Source of the DNA: Crenarchaeota archaeon 13_1_40CM_3_52_17
Lineage (GTDB): Archaea > Thermoproteota > Bathyarchaeia > 40CM-2-53-6
Assembly: GCA_001918745.1 (NCBI GenBank)
Contig: MNGN01000045.1
Location: forward strand, 42,829-106,828
DNA length: 64,000 bases
Direction: 5' to 3'
Shown: positions 29,195-39,693 of the stretch, piece by piece
Layout: every line of letters begins with the position of its first letter
Position numbering within the stretch: position 1 is the first letter of the stretch
The notes under the pieces: model-generated
Told to the model about the DNA's origin: nothing
Databases searched by the model: none
The model's input: the letters and a program-made list of their open reading frames with translations, nothing else
Position numbers and translations under genes: made by a program

Positions 29195-29514
29195 GTCAGC
29201 TTCTGGGTGACGCCAAATAGTTGAGAAGATTGTTCCCTAAGCAAGGCCGATGGAACACATCTCATCGCCCTCCACAAAGCCGGGCATCGATAATTGAAGC
29301 TTCGAAATCGTCACGATCGAAAGGTCTAATATTCGCAGGTCCGAAGCCTCTCCTTGAGGTTGTGCAAGATGAACCCGATCGGATTCTCAGCGTATCGTCA
29401 CAATCTCCAGTCTGCTTAGACGCGAAATCTTCGCTTTCAAAGCCAATTGGAACTGTTACTGAATCCCTGGTTTCTTTGCATATGCGGTAGCAGCCTTGAT
29501 GAAAAGAATAGACC

Positions 29515-30273
29515 ATGTCAGAAAGGGAATTGGCGTCTGCCCGGAGCTTCTGGAAACGGAAAAACCTCCGAGATGGGCGCAGAAGCCGGTATGTCGAGGT
29601 GGAGGAAGTCTCCCTTGACAGTCTACGAGCGGACGCTGTAGAAAACGGACTAGTTGACGAAGTCGTATCAGTCCTAGCAACGGGCAAAGAAGCCGACGTG
29701 TATGTTGGCCTCTGGAAGAAAGTTCCACTGGCATTGAAAGTATACCGATTGCACAGGACCCCTCACAAGAAAAAGTCCGCGATTGGATACTCGGTCGATC
29801 GCATGGGCCAGATCGCGGCGAACGAGTTCACAATGCTCGAAAAGGCCTACCGCGCCGGAATACCAGTGCCGACTCCGGCGAGAAGAGCTGACAATATGTT
29901 TACGATGCGATTCCTTGGCGACGAAACCAACGCACGCCGCCTTAGGGACTTGGACCTTGACGAACCTGAACAGTACGCAAAGCAAGCACTGGGGATTGTC
30001 GACAGACTCCTTGACACTTTCATAGTTCACGGCGACCTGTCAGAATACAATCTGTTACTTTATCGCGATCGCATTTTCGTCATCGACTTTCCCCAGGCAG
30101 TGGACCTCTCGTCCCGCCCCAACCGACACCACCGATTCGAAAAAGCCAAACCCTTGCTACGTCGGGACCTCGAAAATGTAGCACGTTACTTTTCCCAGTA
30201 TAATATCGAAATCGATGCTCAGTCAGAATATGACCGGCTTACGACCAGATTTGAGAGGGAACACCTTGACTAG
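29515..30273 (+). CDS. RIO-type serine protein kinase
   Basis: ATGKEADVYVG, ALKVYR, the catalytic IVHGDLSEYNLLL and the metal-binding VIDFPQAV. Confidence 0.9.
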   Translation: MSERELASARSFWKRKNLRDGRRSRYVEVEEVSLDSLRADAVENGLVDEVVSVLATGKEADVYVGLWKKVPLALKVYRLHRTPHKKKSAIGYSVDRMGQIAANEFTMLEKAYRAGIPVPTPARRADNMFTMRFLGDETNARRLRDLDLDEPEQYAKQALGIVDRLLDTFIVHGDLSEYNLLLYRDRIFVIDFPQAVDLSSRPNRHHRFEKAKPLLRRDLENVARYFSQYNIEIDAQSEYDRLTTRFEREHLD

Positions 30274-30284
30274 GGAACGGGTTG

Positions 30285-31019
30285 CTAGAACACTGGTGCG
30301 GTGCTGATGTCAATGCCCTTCGGCGTCATCTCGTAATAGTAACCCCTTGAGGGAAGAGATGCCTTGCCCATCTTGACAAGCTTCAAGGTTCCACCGTGAC
30401 TGGCTCCTTCACTCTTCCGTTTCTCCATATCCAGGACAATATCAGCGAAGTTGACCATCGCATTCTCAATCGTCTCGTCTAACACATGAGTATGGAGAGT
30501 CGCGATACCAATTGATTTTGCGAATCGGGTAGCATACTTTAGGACCTGTCCGTATTGGAATACCTTCTTCGCCTCGACCATGAGGAAGAAGGGCGTCAGC
30601 GAGTCCATTATTCCCATCGTCTTCTTACCAAGATGTTTCAAGGTGAAACTTCTTCCCTGGGCGATAAGGTCGGAGAACCTCATTGTACTGTCGACGATCT
30701 GTTCAGGCTGATCCAAGGGATACGCTTCTGCAAGCCTCTCAACTCCCAGCGCGAACATGTCGACAAAAGAGAGCTTCCCCTCGGACTCGTACCGGCTTAC
30801 GTCAACCCCCCAGGAAGCAATACTCTCCTTAATGTCCTCCGCAGACTCGTCAACAGCATAGTACTGAACGCGGAAATCATGTTCCAAAGCTGCGGCGGCT
30901 ATCTGCTTCACAAGGGTCGACTTGCCGCTGCCCACCGGGCCTGTTATTCCGACGGCCGAGGGTCTCGGAAATCCTCCTCCTAGAATATCGTCGAGAACCT
31001 TGATCCCGGTCGGCTCCAA
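30285..31019 (-). CDS. KaiC/RecA-superfamily ATPase (single domain)
   Basis: GIKVLDDILGGGFPRPSAVGITGPVGSGKSTLVKQIA provides Walker A. A Walker B-like LSFVDMF is present. 244 aa. Confidence 0.85.
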   Translation of the reverse strand: MEPTGIKVLDDILGGGFPRPSAVGITGPVGSGKSTLVKQIAAAALEHDFRVQYYAVDESAEDIKESIASWGVDVSRYESEGKLSFVDMFALGVERLAEAYPLDQPEQIVDSTMRFSDLIAQGRSFTLKHLGKKTMGIMDSLTPFFLMVEAKKVFQYGQVLKYATRFAKSIGIATLHTHVLDETIENAMVNFADIVLDMEKRKSEGASHGGTLKLVKMGKASLPSRGYYYEMTPKGIDISTAPVF

Positions 31020-31160
31020 CGCCCGTCACTACAGGACGCGTTCTGTTTCGGCCAGTTAAGCGGATTGTACCCGGGGGCCCGGCTCAGACCGAGGCCCACA
31101 TCGTCACCGGTTTCAGGTACACTCTTATTTCGGAGAGACCCAGTCCAGAGACTGTTTCAA

Positions 31161-33149
31161 ATGCCTAGGCAAGTAGCTCCCTATGGCTCCTGGAAATCAC
31201 CCATTACTGCAGACCTTCTCGCCTCAAAATATGTCGCGCTCGATGAGCTTAGTATTGACGGTGATGATGTTTACTGGAACGAACTTCGCGCGAGTGATAA
31301 GGGCCGGAACGTTATCGTTCAGAGAAAACCTGATGGCACACTAACGGATATCACTCCACCAAGTTTCAGCGCCCGGACAAGAGTTCACGAATATGGAGGC
31401 GGATGCTATCTCGTCCAGAATGGAACAGTCTATTTTTCTAACTATACTGACCAGCGTCTCTACCGGCAAGACCCTGGCAGAGACCCAACCCCCCTAACGC
31501 CTCCAGTAGACATGAGACACGCGGACGGCGTCATTGACAGGAAGAGAAACCGGATTATCTCAATACGCGAGGATCACACCGTCAAGACCGGACAAGCGGT
31601 CACCACCATCGTCAGCCTCGACCTAGATAAAACGGGCGAAGGGAAAGTTCTCGTTTCTGGAAACGACTTCTACTCAACACCACGTCTCGACCCTGACGGG
31701 TCCAAGCTAACCTGGCTCACGTGGAACCATCCCAACATGCCATGGGACGGAACAGAACTCTGGGTTGCCGATGTCAAGCCCGACGGTTCTCTCGGAAAGT
31801 CCGAGAAGATTGCAGGTGGATTGGAAGAATCCATCTTTCAACCAGAATGGTCTCCAGACGGCATCCTATACTTCAGCTCCGATAGGACAGGATGGTGGAA
31901 CCTCTATCGCTCGCGCAACAACCAGATCGAGCCGCTCTATCCGATGGAGGGCGAGTTCGGCCTCCCCCAGTGGGGATTCGGACATCACACTTTCGTCTTC
32001 GACTCTTCCAATCATATCATCTGTGCATATACCAAGGACGGGCTCTGGCACCTAGCCAGTCTCAACCCAACAAAGAAAACACTCAGACCCATAGAGACCC
32101 CGATCAACCAGCTTCTCTGGGGCAACCTAGCCACCAAAGACGGAAAGATTTTCCTCATTGGAGGATCAGCCACCGAACCCTCGTCCGTGGCCCAGATTGA
32201 TCTCACATCGAAAGAGACCCAGATTCTACATCGTTCACGAGAGATCACTGTCAGCAAGGAATACCTCTCGGTCCCAGACGCGATTGAGTTTCCTACTGAG
32301 AATGGGCTAACCGCCTTCGCCTTCTTCTATCCTCCAAAGAACCCTGATTACGAGGCACCACGCGAGGAAAAACCGCCTCTCTTAGTCGTGAGTCATGGTG
32401 GTCCCACAAGCGCCAGTCCATCCACTCTTCGCTACGAAATACAATATTGGACAAGCCGTGGGATCGGAGTCGTTGACGTCAACTATGGCGGCAGCACTGA
32501 ACATGGTAGAGAGTATCGTAAGAGACTCAATGACCAATGGGGAATCATTGACGTTCAAGACTGCGTCAACGCCACCCGATACTTGGCGAGTCGTGGACAG
32601 GCTGACCCAGAGAGACTCGGAATTCGCGGGGGAAGCGCGGGAGGCTACACAACCCTCTGCGCCCTCGCCTTCACAAACACGTTCAAGGCCGGAGCAAGTT
32701 ACTACGGCGTCAGCGACCTAGAACTATTGGCCAGGGACACTCACAAGTTCGAGTCCCGCTACCTAGACAAGCTAGTCGGACCCTACCCCGAAAGCCGGGA
32801 CATCTATCGCGCGAGATCTCCTATCGACCATGTTGACGGAATATCTTCCGCTCTCATCCTCTTCCAAGGATTAGAAGACAAAGTCGTACCACCTGACCAG
32901 TCAGAGAAGATCTTTCAAGCGGTCAAAGCGAAAGGCCTCCCCGTAGCATACATTGCCTACGAGTGGGAGCAACACGGCTTCCGGCGAGCGGAGAATATCA
33001 AACGATCCTACGAGGCTGAATTGTACTTCTATTCGAGAATATTCCAGTTCAATCTTGCTGAACAGATAAAACCTGTTGCGATAGAGAACATGGACACGAA
33101 AGGGACAGTACCTAATCTCGGGCCCGTTGAAATAACAGAAACTCTCTAG
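31161..33149 (+). CDS. S9-family serine peptidase (prolyl oligopeptidase/acylaminoacyl-peptidase type)
   Basis: An N-terminal beta-propeller-like region is followed by the GGSAGGYTT nucleophile elbow and a C-terminal D/H region. I prefer the ATG at 31161 (MPRQVAPYGSWKSP) over the listed 31065. Confidence 0.9.
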   Translation: MPRQVAPYGSWKSPITADLLASKYVALDELSIDGDDVYWNELRASDKGRNVIVQRKPDGTLTDITPPSFSARTRVHEYGGGCYLVQNGTVYFSNYTDQRLYRQDPGRDPTPLTPPVDMRHADGVIDRKRNRIISIREDHTVKTGQAVTTIVSLDLDKTGEGKVLVSGNDFYSTPRLDPDGSKLTWLTWNHPNMPWDGTELWVADVKPDGSLGKSEKIAGGLEESIFQPEWSPDGILYFSSDRTGWWNLYRSRNNQIEPLYPMEGEFGLPQWGFGHHTFVFDSSNHIICAYTKDGLWHLASLNPTKKTLRPIETPINQLLWGNLATKDGKIFLIGGSATEPSSVAQIDLTSKETQILHRSREITVSKEYLSVPDAIEFPTENGLTAFAFFYPPKNPDYEAPREEKPPLLVVSHGGPTSASPSTLRYEIQYWTSRGIGVVDVNYGGSTEHGREYRKRLNDQWGIIDVQDCVNATRYLASRGQADPERLGIRGGSAGGYTTLCALAFTNTFKAGASYYGVSDLELLARDTHKFESRYLDKLVGPYPESRDIYRARSPIDHVDGISSALILFQGLEDKVVPPDQSEKIFQAVKAKGLPVAYIAYEWEQHGFRRAENIKRSYEAELYFYSRIFQFNLAEQIKPVAIENMDTKGTVPNLGPVEITETL

Positions 33150-33174
33150 ACATCGCGCCCTAATTGGAACATAG

Positions 33175-33675
33175 TCAAGTCACTGGTCCTGTCAACGCCG
33201 TTCCGCTTCCACTGCCGACAGATAGTCTTCTTTCGAGTAGAACTGTGAGGGGTAGCATCGATGTGAACGCATAACCCACCGCAACGTACGGGGCGAGAAG
33301 AATTATGACGATTAGGGGAGCTCCGACGAGGCCTCCGAGGAAGATCTCCCAGAATACTCCAAAGATGCTGAAAAGAAGCGTAACACGTAGGACATTCTTG
33401 GTGTGCCGCCACAGTACTATTCCTCCAAGCGCCAACATTTCGACAAGAATGAACGGAAGGGTGGGCGGTATCGCGACCGCGCCGCACCATGCGGGCATGC
33501 AATCGATCTGCTCTTCGAATATGATCAATGGAACAGACAGTATCAGATAGAGTGCTAGAGGGGGAAGCTTCACTCTCAATATGTTAAGGGCAAGCTTCTT
33601 TCTGAAACGGAACATGAGGAGGAAGCCTCCTACGATCAGTGGAACATCGATGAGAATGCCGAATGCCAAGAACAC
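33175..33675 (-). CDS. integral membrane protein (hypothetical)
   Basis: 166 aa with about 5 TM segments. Confidence 0.5.
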   Translation of the reverse strand: MFLAFGILIDVPLIVGGFLLMFRFRKKLALNILRVKLPPLALYLILSVPLIIFEEQIDCMPAWCGAVAIPPTLPFILVEMLALGGIVLWRHTKNVLRVTLLFSIFGVFWEIFLGGLVGAPLIVIILLAPYVAVGYAFTSMLPLTVLLERRLSVGSGSGTALTGPVT

Positions 33676-33759
33676 TCAGCTCAATCGGTAAGAAAAATTC
33701 GGAAAGTGATCTTATGGGCGTTCTGTACCCCACGGATCTTATCCGACAGACGATCTTTG

Positions 33760-34743
33760 CTACAGCATTGCTACGAGATAGGATACTGCGATAGCGAAGA
33801 TGCCTGCGCCGGGGAGAGTCACCAGCCACGGCAAAAGCATTGATCTCAGCGAGGATTTGATGACACTCTGGCGTCCACCGATCCCTGCGTTGGATCCTTC
33901 GTGAACCTGGGTCGTTGACATCGGTGCCCCAAAGATTGCCCCCGCTGACACTACTAGAGCAGTGGCCGCGCCAGCCTTCGACCTCTGAACCTGATCTAGC
34001 GCGGCGTGCCTGCCGATAGCAGTTACCACCACTCGATGACCCAGCACCAGTGAACCAAGCAGGACGGCTACGGCAACAATCGAGTATGGAACCCAGGCTG
34101 CCTCGGAGGGGTTGGCGAGCAGAAAGAACGCTCCCAGAGCCGCCATCTTTGGAGCATCGTTAATCCCTCTCGCATAAGAAACGGCGGCTCCGGACCCCCA
34201 GTGCTGGATACTGGCCAGTCGAGGCCTTGGCTTACCCTGCACGCCTGTTCGGCGCGTCAGTCTATCTATGATGTAGATTCCCACGAGCGCGGCTATGGGT
34301 CCCCCGGCCAGGGGCAACACGACGCGGTACAGTAGGAAGCCCCACTGAATGACCGATACTCCATACAGGTAGACTGCCAACAACACGAGAGCGCCGATGA
34401 TAGCATGAGTTGAAGAAACTGGCAGCCGAAGAATAGTTGCCGCGAGAATCCATAGCGTTGCGCCTGCGAGCGCTGCTAGAACGAAAGAGGATTCTGGAGT
34501 TGTGTGCAAAAGGCTCTGAGGGGTGAAAACGGTGAACAGTCTGCCCGAGATTAGTATTGCGGATACACTTCCAATGCCGGTGAAGAATCCTCCCCAGATG
34601 AGCGGCTTGCGCTTTCTTGGAGGCGAGCCTGAAAGTCCCGGCATCATCAGCGAGGCTACGCTTTTTCCCGCATCGTTGGCCCCGTTTGCGAAGGCAAGAG
34701 CGAACAGAGCTGCGAGTCCTAACTCCTCAATCGAGACGATCAA
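33760..34743 (-). CDS. PiT/PHO4-family inorganic phosphate transporter
   Basis: 327 aa with the duplicated signature GANDAGKSVA and GINDAPKMAA. Multi-TM. Confidence 0.8.
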   Translation of the reverse strand: MIVSIEELGLAALFALAFANGANDAGKSVASLMMPGLSGSPPRKRKPLIWGGFFTGIGSVSAILISGRLFTVFTPQSLLHTTPESSFVLAALAGATLWILAATILRLPVSSTHAIIGALVLLAVYLYGVSVIQWGFLLYRVVLPLAGGPIAALVGIYIIDRLTRRTGVQGKPRPRLASIQHWGSGAAVSYARGINDAPKMAALGAFFLLANPSEAAWVPYSIVAVAVLLGSLVLGHRVVVTAIGRHAALDQVQRSKAGAATALVVSAGAIFGAPMSTTQVHEGSNAGIGGRQSVIKSSLRSMLLPWLVTLPGAGIFAIAVSYLVAML

Positions 34744-34766
34744 GAGACTCTTCTCATGAAAGTGTT

Positions 34767-35693
34767 CTAGCTTCCGGGCGTTCCTGGTTGGCTAGCTTTT
34801 CCTAGTTCTTTGAGCCTGTTCAGCCTGTCCTGTTCGTTTGCGAGCCGTGGATCCCTTGAAAGCTCTTCATAAGCAGCCGCGAACCATCCCTCAGCCTCCT
34901 GCTCTTGGCCCATGACTGTCAAGCATTCGGCGATTTCCTCGTAGACGTATCCGCTCTTCTTGCCAGCTGCCTGGTATTGTTCAAACAGGTCTCGCTGCAT
35001 TTCCAGAGCCTCCTCAGTATGATCCATCTTCCGGAGGGTTTTGGCAACGCACCACTTTGCTATCATGATCTTGTTTGGATCGCCCTGTTGTCGCTGGAAT
35101 TCTAGAGCTTTCTCGAACATGAGCAGGGACTCTTCGTACTGTTGTTGCTCGAAGTAGGTCCAACCGATATTATTGTAGAGGCTGCCCATCCACTTCCGGA
35201 CTTTTTCTTCCGCCGAGTTCTCTGCAACGTCCAGCGCTTTCAGGTTCCACTGCAACTGTTTCTCTGTCGGCTCGACAATCGCCATCATATGGGCCGCATC
35301 TACAGCGTTGAAGTCGTCTTTGGACTTGAGGGCGAGATCTAGCGCCTCTTGGAATAGGGGCCGAGCTTCTTCCTGCTTTCTGGACGAGTTGTACACTCTT
35401 CCTCGTTCAAGCAGATACCTGACTCTTGTCTTGTCATCTGTTTTGTCCAGGGCTTTTTGGACCCGGTCGAGACTCTTGTGGGCTTCTTGGAATTTTCGTT
35501 GTAGGCCTTCCGTTCTTGCTATCTGGGTGAGAAGCTGTGACAGATATGAGAGGTCTAGTGAGTCCAAGGCCGTGGGAAGGAGTTCGCGGAACTTTCTCTC
35601 AGTCGCCCCTGGATGGTCGTAATCCCAGAGGCTGTCAAAGTCTGGAAGCTTGGTTTTCCTCTCGCTTCCATCGACTAGTTCGACCAAGAACAC
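34767..35693 (-). CDS. tetratricopeptide-repeat protein
   Basis: 308 aa with repeated TPR-like helices (EEALEMQRDLFEQY..., EAEGWFAAAYEEL...). Confidence 0.7.
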   Translation of the reverse strand: MFLVELVDGSERKTKLPDFDSLWDYDHPGATERKFRELLPTALDSLDLSYLSQLLTQIARTEGLQRKFQEAHKSLDRVQKALDKTDDKTRVRYLLERGRVYNSSRKQEEARPLFQEALDLALKSKDDFNAVDAAHMMAIVEPTEKQLQWNLKALDVAENSAEEKVRKWMGSLYNNIGWTYFEQQQYEESLLMFEKALEFQRQQGDPNKIMIAKWCVAKTLRKMDHTEEALEMQRDLFEQYQAAGKKSGYVYEEIAECLTVMGQEQEAEGWFAAAYEELSRDPRLANEQDRLNRLKELGKASQPGTPGS

Positions 35694-35744
35694 CCCGCCT
35701 CAAACGATGATGCCATCCCGTTCTCTTATTATGATGGGAGCCCA

Positions 35745-36131
35745 TTACGCGAATTCAAACAGTACGGAGCAAGGAACTCTCGAAAGAACGTGCCAAAGAC
35801 GCCGCCGATGTTTGGATCGAAGGGCTTCGTCCCAGCCTTGACTTTGTTCCCAATATTCATCATTAGCGGATTCTTGCTGAGCGGGGCAGGCTTGAGCCTG
35901 TTCTTCAGATCGGAGTCGACAACAATGAGCCGGATTCGTAGACTGCTTCAGAAACCCGTTTGGTGAAAAATACGACGTCTTTGGCTGTAGAAAAAAAATA
36001 AGCATGCTTTTCTTGATCCCCCGGGTGGTCGACTTTCCCGCGCCCTGCTCTCCACGAAGAATCGGTTTTTGCCGTAAATCGCCCGTTTTCAGCCCCGATC
36101 CATGATCTGGAAGCGAGAGTCCATGCTTGCC
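35745..36131 (-). pseudogene. start-less relic of a P-loop NTPase gene
   Basis: A 129-codon open frame reads GKHGLSLPDHGSGLKTGDLRQKPILRGEQGAGKSTTRGIKK.... Walker A is encoded at about 36027-36053, with no ATG/GTG/TTG upstream of it. A neighbouring frame carries a Walker-B-like RLIVVDSD. It sits in a 660-bp otherwise gene-less gap. Confidence 0.3.
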
Positions 36132-36354
36132 CTAGAATCGTTCTGGAACCAACCTAGATTACACGTTAACTTGCTCTGCGATCAAAGCCCAGACCCTGCC
36201 TTCAATTGTAATATTCGCCCATTATCGATGCCAGACAGGAAATTTCCTCTAGGAAAAGAGGGGGGGTATTGCACAGCACATCTCGCGACGCAAGAGTGGT
36301 TGAGGAAGAACCCTCGCACGCCCGAGTTCCATAAGAAATCCTTGCTGCTTTGGA

Positions 36355-37374
36355 TTAGAATTTTTCTTTCTGGCCGGGGTTAGGGACGTTTCTGTAGAAG
36401 GCTTTCACGTAGGGTCTAGTGAGATAGACAATCGCGACGATAGAGGTGGGAAACTCGATCCCGTTCCCCGTGACCAAACCTGAACTGACCCCTAGCGACG
36501 AGGCGTCCAAGAAAAGCGATGATATGCTCGTTGCTATTCCAAGGCCCCACGCCCAACTCTTCCCCGTCCGAAGCACCAGCCCGGTCAGGATCTTGAGAGA
36601 ACCAAGCCCCAACGCGACGAATGCGAGAAACAAGAATATTGTTGAGATCAACGCGAGAGTTCCGGCTGGAAGAACTATCCCTGCGAGGTCAGACTCACTA
36701 ATGACAGGTGGAGAGAGAACATTTCCGACCCCGCCAAGTATGAGGTTTGTACCACCGAGAATCGAAAGGGCCGCAACAATCGTGACACCCCTAGGCATCC
36801 TGCCTTCAACAACAGTATCGTGTTTCACAAACACTTCTCTCAGAATGACGACGATTCCAACGAGAGCAAGAGGCGTGCCGAAACTCAACGACCCGAACGC
36901 AAACAGGATGAAGGAGAATCCTGTGACGAACACGCCGAGGAGAGCCAGTCCTTCACGGGTCATCAGATACAACACCTCCCGCTTCAGCAGGCTGCGATAC
37001 CTGATGATCAGCAAGAGCAGGATAGAAGCTGAAATTGCTCCGATGAAAAAATCAAAAGTCAGCTCAGACTGGTAGTTGCCGAAGGTAAGCAGGAGTCCGA
37101 CCTCGTCACCGATGAACCCGGCTCCCAGACCATACATCACCGCGTAGGCCCGGTCGAGCCGCTCACTCTTCCAAGTAATCGCAAGCCAGCCCGCAACCCC
37201 CATCAAAGCTATTCCATACCAGAAATGATGGAAGTGAATTCCCTGCTGCTGAATCACAATCGTCGGATTCAGCGTCGCAAACAGCCGTGACCCGAAGAAA
37301 CTGGCTATGAATGACAAGAGACCAATGAAGGACAGGGCGGGACGGAATGTTCCTATTCGGAGCCTACGCAGCAT
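36355..37374 (-). CDS. integral membrane protein (hypothetical)
   Basis: 339 aa with about 9 TM segments. Confidence 0.55.
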   Translation of the reverse strand: MLRRLRIGTFRPALSFIGLLSFIASFFGSRLFATLNPTIVIQQQGIHFHHFWYGIALMGVAGWLAITWKSERLDRAYAVMYGLGAGFIGDEVGLLLTFGNYQSELTFDFFIGAISASILLLLIIRYRSLLKREVLYLMTREGLALLGVFVTGFSFILFAFGSLSFGTPLALVGIVVILREVFVKHDTVVEGRMPRGVTIVAALSILGGTNLILGGVGNVLSPPVISESDLAGIVLPAGTLALISTIFLFLAFVALGLGSLKILTGLVLRTGKSWAWGLGIATSISSLFLDASSLGVSSGLVTGNGIEFPTSIVAIVYLTRPYVKAFYRNVPNPGQKEKF

Positions 37375-37464
37375 TACTGGAGTCTGCGAGACCTAGTTTG
37401 CGATAATAGGGTTTAGGGGATATGGACTATTTCCGTCGGTCAGCTCGGGTGTCCGCGAGAATCT

Positions 37465-38451
37465 CTATTTCCAGCTGTGAAGGAGTCGCTCCGCTTCCGA
37501 CACAAGCTCGTCTATTATCGTTGCAGCCGGCTGGATCTTCTCTACGCTAGCGACCGATTCTCCGGCCCAGTGAGGCATGGCCTCAAGCGTCCCGGTCGTA
37601 TCCCGGGTCATCGTGATCGACTCGAAACGCTTCGCCGGCGCCATCTCCCCACTCGATGCAAGCCTTCGCTGTCCCACGATCTCTCCCTTGAAGGCTTGAG
37701 CGGCCTCGACGCTTGCCCGCAAAACCCGGTGCGGCGCGTTGGGCCAGTTTTCCGAGAACACCTCAGTAACCATAGTATCCTCCGGCGCCGCTCCGATCAA
37801 CGCTTTCTGATACTGAGGATGAGCCTCCGCCTCTTCGGCAACGATGAACCGCGTCCCGACGCGGACCCCAGAAGCGCCCGCGGCTAACGCTGCGGCCATA
37901 GCCCTGCCGCTACCAATCCCACCCGCCGCCAATACAGGTACATCCACAGAATCCAGAACTTGATCAAGCAGAGACAGCAACCCGATCTTCCCCCGGATAT
38001 GACCACCAGCCTCGATACCCTGAGCAACTATCAGATCACAGCCAGCCTTGGCCGCGGCCTTTGCCTCATCATTCGAGCCAACCTGCCACGAGGCTAACGC
38101 TCCGTTCGAGTGAACCAGCTCGACAATCGACGAATCCGGCTGGCGATAGAAAAACTCCACAACCTTTGCATGTTTTGAAGTGGTTTCCACAACGTCCCGA
38201 AGGTCTTCCAGATCTGGATACCATGCCTCCGTAACGATGAAGTTGGCTCCGAAGACTCCCCGCGTCCGCTTCCGAACTTCCTCCAGCGACCTAGTCGCTT
38301 GCGCTGGAGTAAACCCTGACAATTGTAGCATGCCTAGACCGCCAGCATTTGAAACCGCTGCAGCCAGTGGTGGTCTTGCCAGCGACCCTATGGCCGCCAT
38401 TTGAATAGGCACTTTGCAACCCGTCAGTTCAGTGAATCTAGTCTTGAGCAT
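37465..38451 (-). CDS. NAD(P)H-dependent flavin oxidoreductase (nitronate monooxygenase/FabK-like)
   Basis: FTELTGCKVPIQMAAIGSLARPPLAAAVSNAGGLGML, VAQGIEAGGH and PVLAAGGIGSG. Confidence 0.85.
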   Translation of the reverse strand: MLKTRFTELTGCKVPIQMAAIGSLARPPLAAAVSNAGGLGMLQLSGFTPAQATRSLEEVRKRTRGVFGANFIVTEAWYPDLEDLRDVVETTSKHAKVVEFFYRQPDSSIVELVHSNGALASWQVGSNDEAKAAAKAGCDLIVAQGIEAGGHIRGKIGLLSLLDQVLDSVDVPVLAAGGIGSGRAMAAALAAGASGVRVGTRFIVAEEAEAHPQYQKALIGAAPEDTMVTEVFSENWPNAPHRVLRASVEAAQAFKGEIVGQRRLASSGEMAPAKRFESITMTRDTTGTLEAMPHWAGESVASVEKIQPAATIIDELVSEAERLLHSWK

Positions 38452-38546
38452 GAAACTACAGCCGTGTGCTGAATGGAATTGCGACTTAGGTCTTTCTCAT
38501 GATTATCTGAATTCGCGATAACCAAGTCGCGAGCTGGTTTGTGTTT

Positions 38547-39110
38547 TCAGTTTGCCACGGCTGTGTCTGTACCTTCGTCAAGCTCTGTTGCCAGAGATAT
38601 TTTCGTCACGTTCTTGGGCAAGGGGACGTCGAGGTCCTGTTGTTCGCCCAGTTGGAAGTTGTCGAGCTCGTCAAAGTTGAAGGGGACTTGACCGTTGATG
38701 TATGTCTTCAGCTGCTCAACGCACCTTTGCACCTCGGCATCCGGTGTCCTCGCCATCTCCCTTTTCAGCAAGACCACCATTGCGTTCCAATACACTCGCT
38801 CCTTCGCCGTCAACGCAGCGTTGGTAAACGGGTTAACCTCGCTTGAGATGTAGTTCTCCATCGGCTGGATCCTGAACCGTTTCACCAACACCTTTCCCAA
38901 CACCCAACCTCCGCCTACAAGGAGGATTCCCGAGCCCCCAAGAAACAGTGGAAATGAGATCAGATCACGCAAACCAGGTATCAGATAGTATATTGTCACA
39001 ATCATCGTGAAAGTGCTGAGGAAGTATCCTATGACCCATCCCCAAGCATAGTTGTAGTACCATCTAGCCAGCGTTAGACGGTAGATCCATTTGCTGAAGC
39101 CTTTGGACAA
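38547..39110 (-). CDS. membrane protein (hypothetical)
   Basis: 187 aa with two N-terminal TM segments and a soluble C-terminal domain. Confidence 0.5.
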   Translation of the reverse strand: MSKGFSKWIYRLTLARWYYNYAWGWVIGYFLSTFTMIVTIYYLIPGLRDLISFPLFLGGSGILLVGGGWVLGKVLVKRFRIQPMENYISSEVNPFTNAALTAKERVYWNAMVVLLKREMARTPDAEVQRCVEQLKTYINGQVPFNFDELDNFQLGEQQDLDVPLPKNVTKISLATELDEGTDTAVAN

Positions 39111-39244
39111 AGCGCTGGTCGACCCGAATCCTTGTAGACCCTTGATTTCCTGGCGCGTTCTACTTAAGCAAGCCAGAACCAGGATTATGAAATAATCGGC
39201 AAGGGTTTCAACGCTTATATCGGATTTTCGCCAATATTCACCGT

Positions 39245-39643
39245 GTGAAATCCTCTAACCGAATTATCATTGAACACATCAATCACAATCCACATGGAAA
39301 AGATACCTCTGACAAACTAAACGATGAATTTGTTGTTCTTGAAAACGAGGGAACCAAAAAAATCTCGCTAGCAGGCTGGACCCTAACCGACCAGACTACT
39401 ACTGGAGCGAGACGCCATGTCTACACGTTCCCGCAAACAGTCTATCTCTCCTCGCGTGAGAAAGCCTGCGTTCACACTGGACCAGGAGAAGATTCCTTCG
39501 AAGAAGGAAAACCGTCAAAATGGAATCTACACTGGGGAAGGCATGCTTTCGTCTGGAACAACGAAGGAGATACCGCCACACTTTTCGACTCTGAAGGAAG
39601 AAAAGTGGACTCGCTCCAAGTCGTCACTCTCAAAGCAACTTAG
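39245..39643 (+). CDS. stand-alone lamin-tail-domain (LTD) protein
   Basis: IIIEHINHNPHGKDTSDKLNDEFVVLENEGTKKISLAGWTLTD...VWNNEGDTATLFDSEGRKVD is a typical LTD pattern. It has a GTG start and no signal peptide. Confidence 0.7.
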   Translation: MKSSNRIIIEHINHNPHGKDTSDKLNDEFVVLENEGTKKISLAGWTLTDQTTTGARRHVYTFPQTVYLSSREKACVHTGPGEDSFEEGKPSKWNLHWGRHAFVWNNEGDTATLFDSEGRKVDSLQVVTLKAT

Positions 39644-39693
39644 ACAAAGCCCAGTGAGCGACGGTTACCGTTCTTGTCCTGAACGCGGTTGGG

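Noticed and set aside
29722-29735. GTTCCACTGGCA, an ORB-core-like sequence inside the RIO kinase gene
   Set aside because: It lies inside a CDS, has a mismatch in the core and has no adjacent G/C-string. It is treated as a chance match.
36446-37075. 209-aa ORF antisense to the 339-aa membrane protein gene
   Set aside because: Its composition (Pro/Arg/Ser/Thr-rich) is typical of an antisense shadow ORF. The opposite strand gives regular TM helices.
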